Source: a virus
Lineage: Duplodnaviria; Heunggongvirae; Uroviricota; Caudoviricetes
DNA: 42,973 nucleotides
Virus record (IMG/VR): IMGVR_UViG_3300011626_000001
Location: 1 to 42,973 of that record
Direction: 5' to 3' (one strand)
Each line of letters opens with the position of its first letter. Within the stretch, counting starts at the first letter, position 1. The position numbers and the translations under genes were made by a program. Below are positions 16,844 to 25,783 of the stretch, in pieces. Below the pieces are notes generated by a model. It did not search any database. It was not told where the DNA came from and saw only the letters and a program-made list of their open reading frames with translations.

Positions 16844-17581
16844 TTATTTCGATGCCTCATGCGCCGCTTTAAGTCGGGCATGTTCGGCGGGGTTATTTCG
16901 GCGGAGTTCAACTTTCTCCATGCCGCTCATTTGCTCCCATGTTTTGGTAACCCTGTCACCACTCTTAGGCGCGGCCCCGCCGCCACCTGCCTGACTGCCG
17001 CGCACGAGGGATGCGTAACGCGGAGAGGTTTCAAACTCTCTCTGGAGATCGGCCAGAGCGCTAACGGTGAGATTCCCTGAATCGTCAGTTACGCGCACCT
17101 GGCCTTCTGCCACTTTCAGCCGCTTGGCGATGAATTCTTTGAGGATGTCGGCGTTGTCGCCGTCTGCAATCGCCGTAGCGATGCGCGTGGCCGCCAGGTT
17201 GATGTCGCGCTGCTCAATGGACCGGCGAAGCTCTACGAGGCTGCTGCGTTCGCGCTCGAGTTCTGCCTGCGAGCTCTGGAAGAGCTGCTGATAATTGCCT
17301 TCTGCTGCCAGCCGCTCTTCTTCTTTGCGTCGGGCCTCTTCTTCTGCTGCGCGGCGACGCTCCTGCTCGGCTTTCTTCTCTGCCAGAAGCTCGTCACGCT
17401 GGCGCTTAAGGCCACTCACGTCTTCCTGAGGGATGCCATCAACCTGCAGTTGGTAGAGATCGCCCTGTTGCACATACAGCGCTTGTTTGGCTTCATCAAG
17501 CTGAGCGAATTCCTCAGCGGTAAGCTGATACTTCAGAGTCATACATTCTCCTGAATGAATGTGTGCTGGCCCGGCCAGCAT
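16844..17581 (-). CDS. Scaffolding protein (245 aa)
   Basis: Highly charged coiled-coil (RRAAEEEARRKEEERLAAEG); directly before the capsid gene. Confidence 0.55.
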   Translation of the reverse strand: MLAGPAHIHSGECMTLKYQLTAEEFAQLDEAKQALYVQQGDLYQLQVDGIPQEDVSGLKRQRDELLAEKKAEQERRRAAEEEARRKEEERLAAEGNYQQLFQSSQAELERERSSLVELRRSIEQRDINLAATRIATAIADGDNADILKEFIAKRLKVAEGQVRVTDDSGNLTVSALADLQREFETSPRYASLVRGSQAGGGGAAPKSGDRVTKTWEQMSGMEKVELRRNNPAEHARLKAAHEASK

Positions 17582-17637
17582 TGGAAGTAGGATAGAAAAT
17601 TAGTTAAATTAGGTTTTTCATTCGAAACGACCAGAAA

Positions 17638-18138
17638 ATGACTGCAAATAGTTCAGGCACATCTTCCTTTGCCATCATCTTTCCAGTTGTTTGCACACTT
17701 TTGGGTGGTGCAATAACATCTGGCTTAACTTGGGTGAGCACCTATCAAGCGGCGTCTTTAGCTCAGAAAAATGCATGCATTTTGCAATTCGACCAGCAAG
17801 AAAAAGAGATTCGCGCGAAGGCAGGTAACTTCCTTTCTGCATACGGGGATATTGTTGCTTACTTGACAGTAGCTGAACGGTTGAATCCTGTTGATATGCA
17901 AAAGTCTTCGGCGCCTCTGTTTAAAGCTGGTTTCGAGCTTGTTGCATATGCGCCTTCTGACTTATCGATCACGACAGCTCAATTGTTGGCTGCACTTAAA
18001 GATAATGTTGTTGATGAAATTAATGGCGAGAAGTCAGAGCAGCACCAAAAAACTGCTGCTGAAGTTTTTGGTAACTGGACGCATCTATACAGTAAACAAT
18101 TGCTAAGCCTGAAAGAGCAGAAAAACTCTTGTAAATAG
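17638..18138 (+). CDS. Hypothetical N-terminally membrane-anchored protein (166 aa); opposite-strand moron
   Basis: Low GC relative to flanks; N-terminal hydrophobic helix FAIIFPVVCTLLGGAITSGL; convergent with the MuF-like gene. Confidence 0.5.
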   Translation: MTANSSGTSSFAIIFPVVCTLLGGAITSGLTWVSTYQAASLAQKNACILQFDQQEKEIRAKAGNFLSAYGDIVAYLTVAERLNPVDMQKSSAPLFKAGFELVAYAPSDLSITTAQLLAALKDNVVDEINGEKSEQHQKTAAEVFGNWTHLYSKQLLSLKEQKNSCK

Positions 18139-19185
18139 CTAACTGATTTTTGCAAGCTCGAGAGCATGCGGCTCTAAATCTTTGAGTTGGTCGAGGGTGT
18201 ACTGCTTGCCGTTGTCATCAACAAAGCGATCAATGCTCAGCTCGCCTTTGCTGAAAAGCCTGTAGCGCGCAGGGCCAAGCACCTCTTTCTGGAACGCTGC
18301 AGGTTGTCTTGCCAGCCAGTCGCCGTAACTGGTGTTACTGCTGACCTGCTCAACGCCGTCCAGACCTTTTGATGGTCGCGTGCTGCCAGGAATCTCTCGC
18401 TGATACTCTGGTTTGAGCACCGGCACGATTGACGATCGGCACCCCCAATGTGCAGGTGGCTTTGGCCCATCCAGCGGATAAACCTTTCTATCACGCGCAC
18501 GGCATACCGGCGTTGTTCTGCTGTCGAGCGTTGCTATCCAGCGATGCCCCTGCAGGATGTCTTCATTCTGCTTCAGCGTTTCCGCCCGTGCAGATGAGGC
18601 GACGTGGTTGGTCATCGTTCTTACCAGCGATCCGACCTGCTCCTCATGTGACACACCGAGAGAAGTGAGACGACGGATAATCTGCTTTTGCGTCTCACCG
18701 AGCGATGACCCGATAGCGATTTCGCTGAGGATATCAGCCGCCTTCTTGCTGCCGAACTGCGCCAGCGCGCCAGTGATGTCGATAACCTGCCTGCCATGGC
18801 CTACAACAAGCTCTAACGGGTCAGCCAGTACAGCAGCGGCAATCATCTCCGCCGATGGCTCAGCGAGACGCACAGAAGCTTTAACGATTTGGCCGAGCAA
18901 TTTGCTGTTGAAGGCGAACTCGTATTGCGCGAACTCACCCAGGTCGAGCTTCTGTTGCTGTGACAGCTCACCATAGATGGTATTAAGGTCACTCCTGAGC
19001 GTTTCTATCTGCCTGTTGTAGCGTGCGGTAGCATACTGGCTCAACCCTCCGTTTACAGCTTCTTTAGCGCGCCTGATAGCCTTGCGGACGAACTTAGCTG
19101 CCTTGCCTGCCAGCCCTGACCCAAATCGCTGTACGTAAACCTGATGGCGCGTGGCGGCGTCTGTCGTGTAACCGTCTGCGCTCAT
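18139..19185 (-). CDS. Head morphogenesis protein (Mu F / SPP1 gp7 family)
   Basis: Motif ATLDSRTTPVCRARDRKVYPLD characteristic of the family; position after portal. Confidence 0.8.
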   Translation of the reverse strand: MSADGYTTDAATRHQVYVQRFGSGLAGKAAKFVRKAIRRAKEAVNGGLSQYATARYNRQIETLRSDLNTIYGELSQQQKLDLGEFAQYEFAFNSKLLGQIVKASVRLAEPSAEMIAAAVLADPLELVVGHGRQVIDITGALAQFGSKKAADILSEIAIGSSLGETQKQIIRRLTSLGVSHEEQVGSLVRTMTNHVASSARAETLKQNEDILQGHRWIATLDSRTTPVCRARDRKVYPLDGPKPPAHWGCRSSIVPVLKPEYQREIPGSTRPSKGLDGVEQVSSNTSYGDWLARQPAAFQKEVLGPARYRLFSKGELSIDRFVDDNGKQYTLDQLKDLEPHALELAKIS

Positions 19186-19187
19186 GG

Positions 19188-20648
19188 TTATTCCTCAGTA
19201 GCCGGGTCAGGCTCGTTAGTAACGGCATCGCCTTCAACCGGTGGATCTTCAGCGCGATCTGAATCAATGTCATCGTCATTGCGATCAGCGTCGATGATTG
19301 CTGCCTGGCGAAGATTGGTGCGAAGGTCAGATTTTGCGATGAAGCCCTGCTGCCAGAGCTGGATTTGCGCCAGAATCATCTGTGCATCCATCGTTTCGTC
19401 GAAGAACTCCTGATTCAGCCAGAACACTGTGTTAGCCATGTCAACTACGCCACTCATATAGAGCTGCGCATCCAGAATGGCTCGCTTAAGCGCTTCGCTG
19501 ACGTTGCCAGCAATCGTACCCAGCACGCTGTTATCGCTGCTGTAACGGATACGAGCGGCTTCTGCTGTCTCGTTCTGCCCTGACTGCTGCACAATGCGCG
19601 CACCAATCATCAGCATCTGGTTCTCTTTTTCCTGCATCAGCTTCAGCGCGAGCTGGCTTTCGTTAGCCTGAACCAGCGTTGCTGTGCCTGATTTGCCCAG
19701 GCTGTAGCCACAGGTTGAGCCGATTTGTATCCCGTTAGGGTTCCACTTCTCAAACTCGTCCTGAGTAATATCAGTCGTGAAGAACAGCGTCGGCTGGCTG
19801 CTGATGAACCCCGACTCTTCCACGGTGGCGCTGTTGCCGTAGTGAAGCACGTTAACCTCAGCCAGGTCTTCAAGCGGTGCCTTATCAATGCGGGCGTCGT
19901 TGCTTTCCGCGCCGAAGAAGTAGAACGGAATATGATCGAAGGTCTTCCCGCTGAAGTCGGTCGGGTAAACATCAAGCTGCGGCGTTTCATAAGGATCGCC
20001 TTCATGCCACATGCGATGACGATACACACCATCCTCAAGGGTCAGCGCGCGAAATTGCTTTCTGACGTCAAAGGTGAACTCGTCGCCTTCTGTTTTGTTG
20101 TAGCACTCTGCGAACACGACCAGTGTCAGCTTGCGCACGCCGTTAATCACATCCTCGCGCCAGTTAATGATGCTCAGCGCTTCGTAGAGATGGATATGAG
20201 CGAAACGCCCTGCCGTTTGTGCTCGCGTCGGCCTGGTGCCTTCGGGCGCGTCACTGGTCGGGTAGTCCACGAAGAAGCCACCGCGGCCCGTATCGAGGTC
20301 TTCACCTACGGCCTCTTTGGAAAGCTGCTCAAGGCTTGTGCCGTCACCGCTGGCATTCTCGATGAGGTATTTAACCGCCTCCGGCAAATCCACCTCAGCG
20401 GTCTTGCGAAACACTGCGCCAATCAGCCCCTGACGCGTGCGCCCGGTGATGTTGAGGAACATGGCTCGCTTCAGCAGTGCTGCGTAGCGTTCTTTGTTCT
20501 CTTTGCTTTCGTTGGTCGGGTCGGGCATTGGCAGGTAGCGAATGCCCTGGTCTTTAATCGCACGGCTGCCTGCCACGCAGTCTTTGACAAGCTGCCATGA
20601 CTTTGCGGCATCGCTGTATTCTGCTCTTGCAAATGAATAGTTAGCCAT
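19188..20648 (-). CDS. Portal protein (486 aa)
   Basis: Size and position between terminase large subunit and MuF-like gene. Confidence 0.7.
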   Translation of the reverse strand: MANYSFARAEYSDAAKSWQLVKDCVAGSRAIKDQGIRYLPMPDPTNESKENKERYAALLKRAMFLNITGRTRQGLIGAVFRKTAEVDLPEAVKYLIENASGDGTSLEQLSKEAVGEDLDTGRGGFFVDYPTSDAPEGTRPTRAQTAGRFAHIHLYEALSIINWREDVINGVRKLTLVVFAECYNKTEGDEFTFDVRKQFRALTLEDGVYRHRMWHEGDPYETPQLDVYPTDFSGKTFDHIPFYFFGAESNDARIDKAPLEDLAEVNVLHYGNSATVEESGFISSQPTLFFTTDITQDEFEKWNPNGIQIGSTCGYSLGKSGTATLVQANESQLALKLMQEKENQMLMIGARIVQQSGQNETAEAARIRYSSDNSVLGTIAGNVSEALKRAILDAQLYMSGVVDMANTVFWLNQEFFDETMDAQMILAQIQLWQQGFIAKSDLRTNLRQAAIIDADRNDDDIDSDRAEDPPVEGDAVTNEPDPATEE

Positions 20649-20654
20649 AGTCGC

Positions 20655-22139
20655 TTATCGTCTGAATGTTATCGGGGCCGCTTTAAGGACGCTGCGTTTC
20701 TTCTGCGTCACGGCGAAATAACGGAAGCTGTCAGCCCCGTGTGAGGTATGGTCATGCAGTGGTTTGTCTTTCCAGCAGCCGCGCTTGTCGTCCCATTCCT
20801 TGCGGTAGCCTTCCAGCGCGAGGATGCCGTCGGCACACTTATGCTCGTCAAAAGCACACTTCGGCAGGATTTCACGCACCTGTTCGATGCCGTCATCAAC
20901 ACCAAGCTTTGGCACGACCTGAAAGGTGATCGTGTATTTCACGCCATCAATCTCGTAGCCTTCGCGCGCCAGCTCGCGGCGTGATTTCGCATCCGATCCA
21001 AACTCGCGGTTGTCAATATCGTGCGGCCCCCAGTGAGCAGCATACTCATAGCCTTTATCCTTCAGCACTTTCATGTAGTGCCGGAGGCCTTCACCTGAGT
21101 TTTCGTAGTAGTCGATGACGTGATATTCCTCGCCAACAATGCGCACGAACCAGATGGCCGTTGAGTCGCCTACGCCAATATCCCAGAACGTATGAACCGG
21201 CAGATGTGAGTTGTCAGGCAGCGTACCAATGCGCTTCTGTTCGTAGAGCTTGCGGAACTGTTTTGCGTAGTAAGCGCCCTCGACTGACTGCTGAAACGCC
21301 TCCGCCGGTATCGACGGATATTCGCGCTTCATGTCATCGCCGAGCGTTTTCTCTTTGGCGTAATACCAGGCTCTCTGGCGCTCGTCTGTAACCACCCCAT
21401 GCTTTGCCTCGATGTCAGCGAAGTAATCGCTCAGGCGCTGCGGTATTGGCTCTACGGGGTCGATTGCATACAGGGGATTCTTCCACCAGGAGAAGAAGAA
21501 AAACTTCCAGTCTAACTGTGAGAGCTGCTTGCCCTGAATGAGCGCCTTTTCTGCCGACTGGCAGTAATCGAAGAAGTAACCAGCGCGGCCTTCTGCAGTG
21601 CTTTCAATCGTCGTGAAACAGTCGCCTGATACTGCCTCAAAAGCGCCGGTGACAATCTCTCGCGCTTTGTCCGGAAACTTTGCGCATATCTTCCCGAACT
21701 CCGAAACATGGAGATAGCGAAGTGTGCCGCCGCGGAAAGACGTACTGATATAAAGTGAGCCACCTTTGCTAAATACCAGCTCACCCGCTGCATCATTGCT
21801 CGCAGGGTTAGCGGCCTTAATCTCATCCGGAAGGCGGTCGTAAGCATATTTAATTTTCTCGCGGAAAAGGCGCTTTGCGTCGTTCAGGGTGTGGGCGATA
21901 AGGGCGCATTTGGCGGCTTCGAACAAAGCCGCATCCAGCTGAATAATGCAGACTTCAGTGGTGAAGCCTAACTGGCGAGCTTTCAGTATGATGTTGCGGG
22001 TATGCATGCCTTCGAAGTATTCGAGTTGCTCAGGCGTCATCTTGAAGCGTACTGGCTTGCCTTCTTTGTCGGTTATCCAGTAGAGGTGATTCAGGCGCCA
22101 GAGTTTGTCTCGCAGAAGCTTGAGATGCTCTGGTTTCAT
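20655..22139 (-). CDS. Terminase large subunit (494 aa)
   Basis: Size; position after small subunit; ATPase-type N-terminal and nuclease-type C-terminal halves. Confidence 0.8.
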   Translation of the reverse strand: MKPEHLKLLRDKLWRLNHLYWITDKEGKPVRFKMTPEQLEYFEGMHTRNIILKARQLGFTTEVCIIQLDAALFEAAKCALIAHTLNDAKRLFREKIKYAYDRLPDEIKAANPASNDAAGELVFSKGGSLYISTSFRGGTLRYLHVSEFGKICAKFPDKAREIVTGAFEAVSGDCFTTIESTAEGRAGYFFDYCQSAEKALIQGKQLSQLDWKFFFFSWWKNPLYAIDPVEPIPQRLSDYFADIEAKHGVVTDERQRAWYYAKEKTLGDDMKREYPSIPAEAFQQSVEGAYYAKQFRKLYEQKRIGTLPDNSHLPVHTFWDIGVGDSTAIWFVRIVGEEYHVIDYYENSGEGLRHYMKVLKDKGYEYAAHWGPHDIDNREFGSDAKSRRELAREGYEIDGVKYTITFQVVPKLGVDDGIEQVREILPKCAFDEHKCADGILALEGYRKEWDDKRGCWKDKPLHDHTSHGADSFRYFAVTQKKRSVLKAAPITFRR

Positions 22140-22141
22140 GC

Positions 22142-22741
22142 TTACCCCTTGGCGAGATCGTCCATCAGGTCGGATAGTTTCTTAGATGCGTCATCACCGG
22201 CAGGGCCGTCAATGTCGTACGCCTGACGCTCCAGGCCAATTAGCGTTTTAAGCGTGTCGGATAGGTCTTTCATCGACTTCACCCGCCCCGGCATGCTGAT
22301 CACCTTGTGATAAATCTCGTTGAGCCTGTCCTGCCCTTTGTCGTCAGGCTGATACATCAGGTCACCCAGCTGCTGCAATGCAGCGACGTCAGCGCATTCG
22401 GCCTCGAGTTCATCAAAGAGTGAGTTGGCAATATTGCGGGCCCGACGAATGTCTCCACGATGCTCCATGCGGACAGTGGCAATAACCTCGGCGTTTGCCT
22501 CAATCAGTATCCGTTCACAGGTAGCCGTTTCAGTGGATACCTTGCTGGATACCTCTCGTTTGGATACCAGCGCGTCAGCCTTGGCTTTTATCTTTGCCTT
22601 TAGGTCTCGCTCCCATCCATCACGCTTTGCGCGCTTATTGATGGCGCCGTGGGTGATGCCATGCTGAGATGCGATTTCTCGGATAGACAACAAGCCAGCC
22701 CGGTAAGCCGACTCGATGGCCTCCCAATCTGGTGTCGCCAT
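22142..22741 (-). CDS. Terminase small subunit (199 aa)
   Basis: N-terminal HTH (LSIREIASQHGITHGAINKRAKRDGW); immediately upstream of and coupled to the large subunit. Confidence 0.65.
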   Translation of the reverse strand: MATPDWEAIESAYRAGLLSIREIASQHGITHGAINKRAKRDGWERDLKAKIKAKADALVSKREVSSKVSTETATCERILIEANAEVIATVRMEHRGDIRRARNIANSLFDELEAECADVAALQQLGDLMYQPDDKGQDRLNEIYHKVISMPGRVKSMKDLSDTLKTLIGLERQAYDIDGPAGDDASKKLSDLMDDLAKG

Positions 22742-22773
22742 ATTTACTCCAATAAAAAACCGCCCGAAGGCGG

Positions 22774-23211
22774 TTAGCTGTTGTCTCTTAGATAATCAAT
22801 TAGCATATCAAGGCGCACTCTATCCGGCCCATCGGAGTACCACGTATTAGGTGCGGGTTGATTAGCCTCAAAAAGCGGCCTAACGTCAACATCGTCATCA
22901 ATGATTGAAATGCCAGTATCGCTTAATTGATAACAGACAACCCGGCAACTCCCTTCTGGTACTTTATCGTAGTGATCCAGTTTTCTGCTGTTCGAATAGA
23001 TTTCGTACTTTAGCTGCCTACCATCATTTGTTCTGGTCAGGAAAGTCTGAATAAGAAATCGCATCAGTGCCTCAGCTATTGAATTGTGAGGCTCCACATT
23101 AGCGCCAAGACATTGCTGATGGAATCTTATTTTATAGGGATCGATCATCATCGGGCGCACTCGCAAATGCGCCCTGTGATGAAAGCCGTTGTGAAAGTGG
23201 CTCTCAATCAC
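22774..23211 (-). CDS. Hypothetical protein (145 aa, or about 125 aa from internal start MMIDPY...)
   Basis: ORF in track; AT-rich body; N-terminal 20 codons overlap repeated hairpin A, so the internal start near 23151 is more likely. Confidence 0.4.
   Translation of the reverse strand: MIESHFHNGFHHRAHLRVRPMMIDPYKIRFHQQCLGANVEPHNSIAEALMRFLIQTFLTRTNDGRQLKYEIYSNSRKLDHYDKVPEGSCRVVCYQLSDTGISIIDDDVDVRPLFEANQPAPNTWYSDGPDRVRLDMLIDYLRDNS
23146..23182. repeat. Repeated hairpin element, copy A (CATCATCGGGCGCA-loop-TGCGCCCTGTGATGA)
   Basis: Second near-identical copy at 24806-24843; extended imperfect palindrome. Confidence 0.6.
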
Positions 23212-23376
23212 TCCTCTTTATTTTCAAGTCTTCCATAGCGAGCAGGGCATCCAGAAGAACTTCCGCCTTTTCGACGCTCGATCTGCCGAGCGCAATACGC
23301 CCGCTGTTCAGATCCTTAAATCCATCCTTCAGATAGCGACAGATGGTTTCCAGTTGCTGCTTTTCATTTTTCGTCA
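23209..23376 (-). CDS. Small hypothetical protein (55 aa) coupled to the Rha-family gene
   Basis: Hand-translated ORF MTKNEKQQLETICRYLKDG...; its ATG overlaps the Rha-gene stop; below the ORF-track size cut-off. Confidence 0.3.
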
Positions 23377-24057
23377 TGCAGCACGCTCGCTAACTTTATT
23401 TGATGCAAGCAGACCGGCAATCCACTGAATGCCTTTTGGCGTGAACTTAACCTGAGTGAACGCATGTCCGTTGTGCTGATTCTCGCCAGTTTTTACAGTG
23501 AAGCGACCAGCGTCCAGATGCTGAGCGTATGGCGTAAGCTTTCCTGCCAAGCGGTACATAATGCCGTGCTCTAGCAGGAACAGACGGAACTCGGTTTCTT
23601 TCACCTTAAGCAGCTTTGCAGCCTCACGGAAACCCATAGAGCCGGATGCCTCTACGTAGCTATCAACGAAATCAGCCTTAGGAGCGGCAATAGCGAGCTT
23701 GCTTTCAAGTTGTGCTTTTTGCTCTGCAAGGTCAGCAGCCAGACGGAGAGCCTCAGGTAATGTCTGCGGGATGCGCACCGACTCTTCAAGCTCATGCATC
23801 CGCTTAATGACCTTCATGCGAAGTAATGCGCTGTACCCTGTTACAAGGCACTCGGTATGCTCGCGATCAAGAACGTACTCGGTTTGCTTGCGGTTCATAC
23901 TGTCCAGATAGATGCGCGCAAATTTGCTCACATCCTCCTGAAGCTGTTCCATCATGGTTTCTATGTCGCGCTTTACATCTGGATGACGCTTACCCGTCAC
24001 TTCCGCAATTTCGCGGCTTGTCATTGTCAGAGACTGATCATTTACTGGGTATTGCAT
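23374..24057 (-). CDS. Rha-family regulatory protein with C-terminal antirepressor (KilA-C/Ant-like) domain
   Basis: N-terminal LTMTSREIAEVTGKRHPDVKRDIETM matches the Rha N-terminal signature; own promoter region and AGGAG SD. Confidence 0.7.
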   Translation of the reverse strand: MQYPVNDQSLTMTSREIAEVTGKRHPDVKRDIETMMEQLQEDVSKFARIYLDSMNRKQTEYVLDREHTECLVTGYSALLRMKVIKRMHELEESVRIPQTLPEALRLAADLAEQKAQLESKLAIAAPKADFVDSYVEASGSMGFREAAKLLKVKETEFRLFLLEHGIMYRLAGKLTPYAQHLDAGRFTVKTGENQHNGHAFTQVKFTPKGIQWIAGLLASNKVSERAA

Positions 24058-24188
24058 AGGGTGGTGCTCCTATAGAGAAACAAGCCTGTCGCACAGATTA
24101 AGCCGCCCCTAAGACGCACCATTAACGGCTAATCTCAGGCTTGCTTTTCTGTAGGCTTAGGGATTGATATTTGCGCGTGCGAGGCGCA

Positions 24189-24213
24189 TAAAAAAGCCCC
24201 GCGAATGCAGGGC
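24189..24213 (-). terminator. Rho-independent terminator (hairpin + T6 on minus strand) upstream of the Rha gene promoter
   Basis: Minus-strand GCCCTGC-ATTC-GCGGGGC followed by TTTTTT. Confidence 0.45.
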
Positions 24214-24503
24214 CATGATGCTTGAGGTGCTTTGTTACTTTGTCGCGCCGTCAGAGATATTTAACTGCCATTGCCTTCAGCTCATCTTTAGCCGCTGCGC
24301 CCAGCTGAGACACGCCGCTCTCTGCAAACGCCAGTGCCCTTTTAAAATCTTGCGCCTGCGTTTGCCTTGTCTAGGGGGTGTGAGAAATTCACCGCTTACG
24401 CTTGAAGGTGTCGCGAGGTTGTCTAACCTGAAAAACGTATAAGAAAAAATGAACTCCTATCACGTCCTTGGTCCACGGATGGGCTGTTTTTTTCAAGCGT
24501 GCT

Positions 24504-24707
24504 TTAAAGTCTCTTCCCCCGCTGTCGGGTAGCACTCTTGAGTTTTGGTTCGGTAATTTTGTGGCTGAGGATTTTCAGTCCAGCGGCGTTAAATTGCTGC
24601 ATTGTGAAAGGTACAGAACAGGCAGGTTTGTAAAAGCCACCTGCGTCCCAGAACCACACTAAGGGCTCAGCTACACTATCGCCTACCCAGTAGAAACCAG
24701 TTTCCAT
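24504..24707 (-). CDS. Hypothetical protein (67 aa); possibly a gene remnant
   Basis: ORF in track directly downstream of hairpin copy B; no RBS checked; weak support. Confidence 0.25.
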   Translation of the reverse strand: METGFYWVGDSVAEPLVWFWDAGGFYKPACSVPFTMQQFNAAGLKILSHKITEPKLKSATRQRGKRL

Positions 24708-24805
24708 GATGGATGTCCGGTTGAGAATGAATCCCCACCGTACGCCTTATCTGAGACGTTATCACGGTATTACTTGCAAAGTTGTATCAGTCCCGCTTCG
24801 GTACA

Positions 24806-24843
24806 CATCATCGGGCGTACTGCTTGAATGCGCCCTGTGATGA
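24806..24843. repeat. Repeated hairpin element, copy B (CATCATCGGGCG-loop-TGCGCCCTGTGATGA)
   Basis: Abuts the Rz stop codon; shares both flanking arms with copy A. Confidence 0.6.
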
Positions 24844-25296
24844 TCACTTCAAACACTGCTCATTGATGTACTGCTGCAATCCGGCTATTTGCTTCCCGGC
24901 GAGCTCGATTCGACTTCTGAGGGTGAAATAATCCCGTTCAGCGGAGTCAGTAAGTCCGGGGCTGGCTGCATCATCCAGGCTGGCGGTGCCGGTGGCGGAT
25001 TGCTTCGTGCAGGTGGCGTTGAGCTGCAACCGGCGCTTGCCAGAAGCAACGTCACGCTCAAGCTGATCGATAGTTGCCTGAGCACTGGCTAACTCCTTTG
25101 TGTATTTGGCGTCGAGCGCGGCAACATCACGCTGGCGGATCTGCATATCGTCAATCGTCTGCTGGCGCTCGGTAGCCAGGCTGTCAGCGGTAACGTATTT
25201 GCCGTGGAAAAGAATTGCTAACCGGCAGACCGTAATGAGCGCCACCAGCAGCAGGCCAATAATTAATGCTCGCCAACTAAATGTCATTTGGACCAT
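24844..25296 (-). CDS. Rz: i-spanin (Rz-like, 150 aa)
   Basis: N-terminal TM helix, coiled-coil periplasmic domain, position after endolysin. Confidence 0.75.
   Translation of the reverse strand: MVQMTFSWRALIIGLLLVALITVCRLAILFHGKYVTADSLATERQQTIDDMQIRQRDVAALDAKYTKELASAQATIDQLERDVASGKRRLQLNATCTKQSATGTASLDDAASPGLTDSAERDYFTLRSRIELAGKQIAGLQQYINEQCLK
24885..25085 (-). CDS. Rz1: o-spanin (Rz1-like lipoprotein) embedded in the +1 frame of the Rz-like gene
   Basis: Signal peptide with lipobox LLASAGC, proline-rich mature part, fully nested in Rz. Confidence 0.65.
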   Translation of the reverse strand: MLRQLSISLSVTLLLASAGCSSTPPARSNPPPAPPAWMMQPAPDLLTPLNGIISPSEVESSSPGSK

Positions 25297-25780
25297 CCGC
25301 CAGGCACATTGAACGCTCCATATCGCGTCGATTCATCAGGCCACGAAACTTCATGCCACCGGCATAAACCCAGCGGCGTAGCTCTTCACATGCACCATCC
25401 TGATCGCCTGCGTTCAGCTTCTTAAGCAGCGTAGATTTAGAGAATGCACCAGAACCGACGTTGTAGGTGAAGCTGTAGAGCGCAGCGCGCTGATATTCAT
25501 TAAGCGGCACTTTGACCAGACTATCGACCGTCTTCTTTACCGGCTGCAGGTCATTCCAAAGAAGGCGATCGCATTCGCGGTCGGTGTACTTCTTGCCTTT
25601 GATGATGTCTGTGCCGGTGTGACCATCACAGACCGTCCAGACTCCGGCAACATCTTTGTAGGGCTCGTACACACGGCCTTCCACGCCATCTTTACCGCCG
25701 AGGAATACCGTAGCGATAAGCATGGCTCCGCCACCTGCGGCAGCGATCAGCTTGTTCCGCAGTGAGTTTGACATTGCCAT
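25277..25780 (-). CDS. R: SAR endolysin (phage 21 R-type lysozyme)
   Basis: N-terminal Gly/Ala-rich signal-anchor-release segment; YEPYKDVAGVWTVCDGHTG closely resembles the phage 21 lysozyme catalytic region as I recall it. Confidence 0.85.
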   Translation of the reverse strand: MAMSNSLRNKLIAAAGGGAMLIATVFLGGKDGVEGRVYEPYKDVAGVWTVCDGHTGTDIIKGKKYTDRECDRLLWNDLQPVKKTVDSLVKVPLNEYQRAALYSFTYNVGSGAFSKSTLLKKLNAGDQDGACEELRRWVYAGGMKFRGLMNRRDMERSMCLADGPNDI

Positions 25781-25783
25781 GGG

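Noticed and set aside
15978-16994. Long plus-strand ORF (338 aa) antisense to the capsid gene, and similar long antisense ORFs at 19725-20600, 12643-13296, 37225-37770 and 38622-39128
   Set aside because: They overlap well-supported genes on the other strand in GC-rich DNA, have Arg/Ala/Cys-rich junk-like composition and no RBS context; they are shadow ORFs
24164-24442. Plus-strand ORF (92 aa) upstream of the Rha gene
   Set aside because: Runs through a minus-strand terminator and promoter region; Arg/Cys/Leu-rich composition typical of non-coding translation
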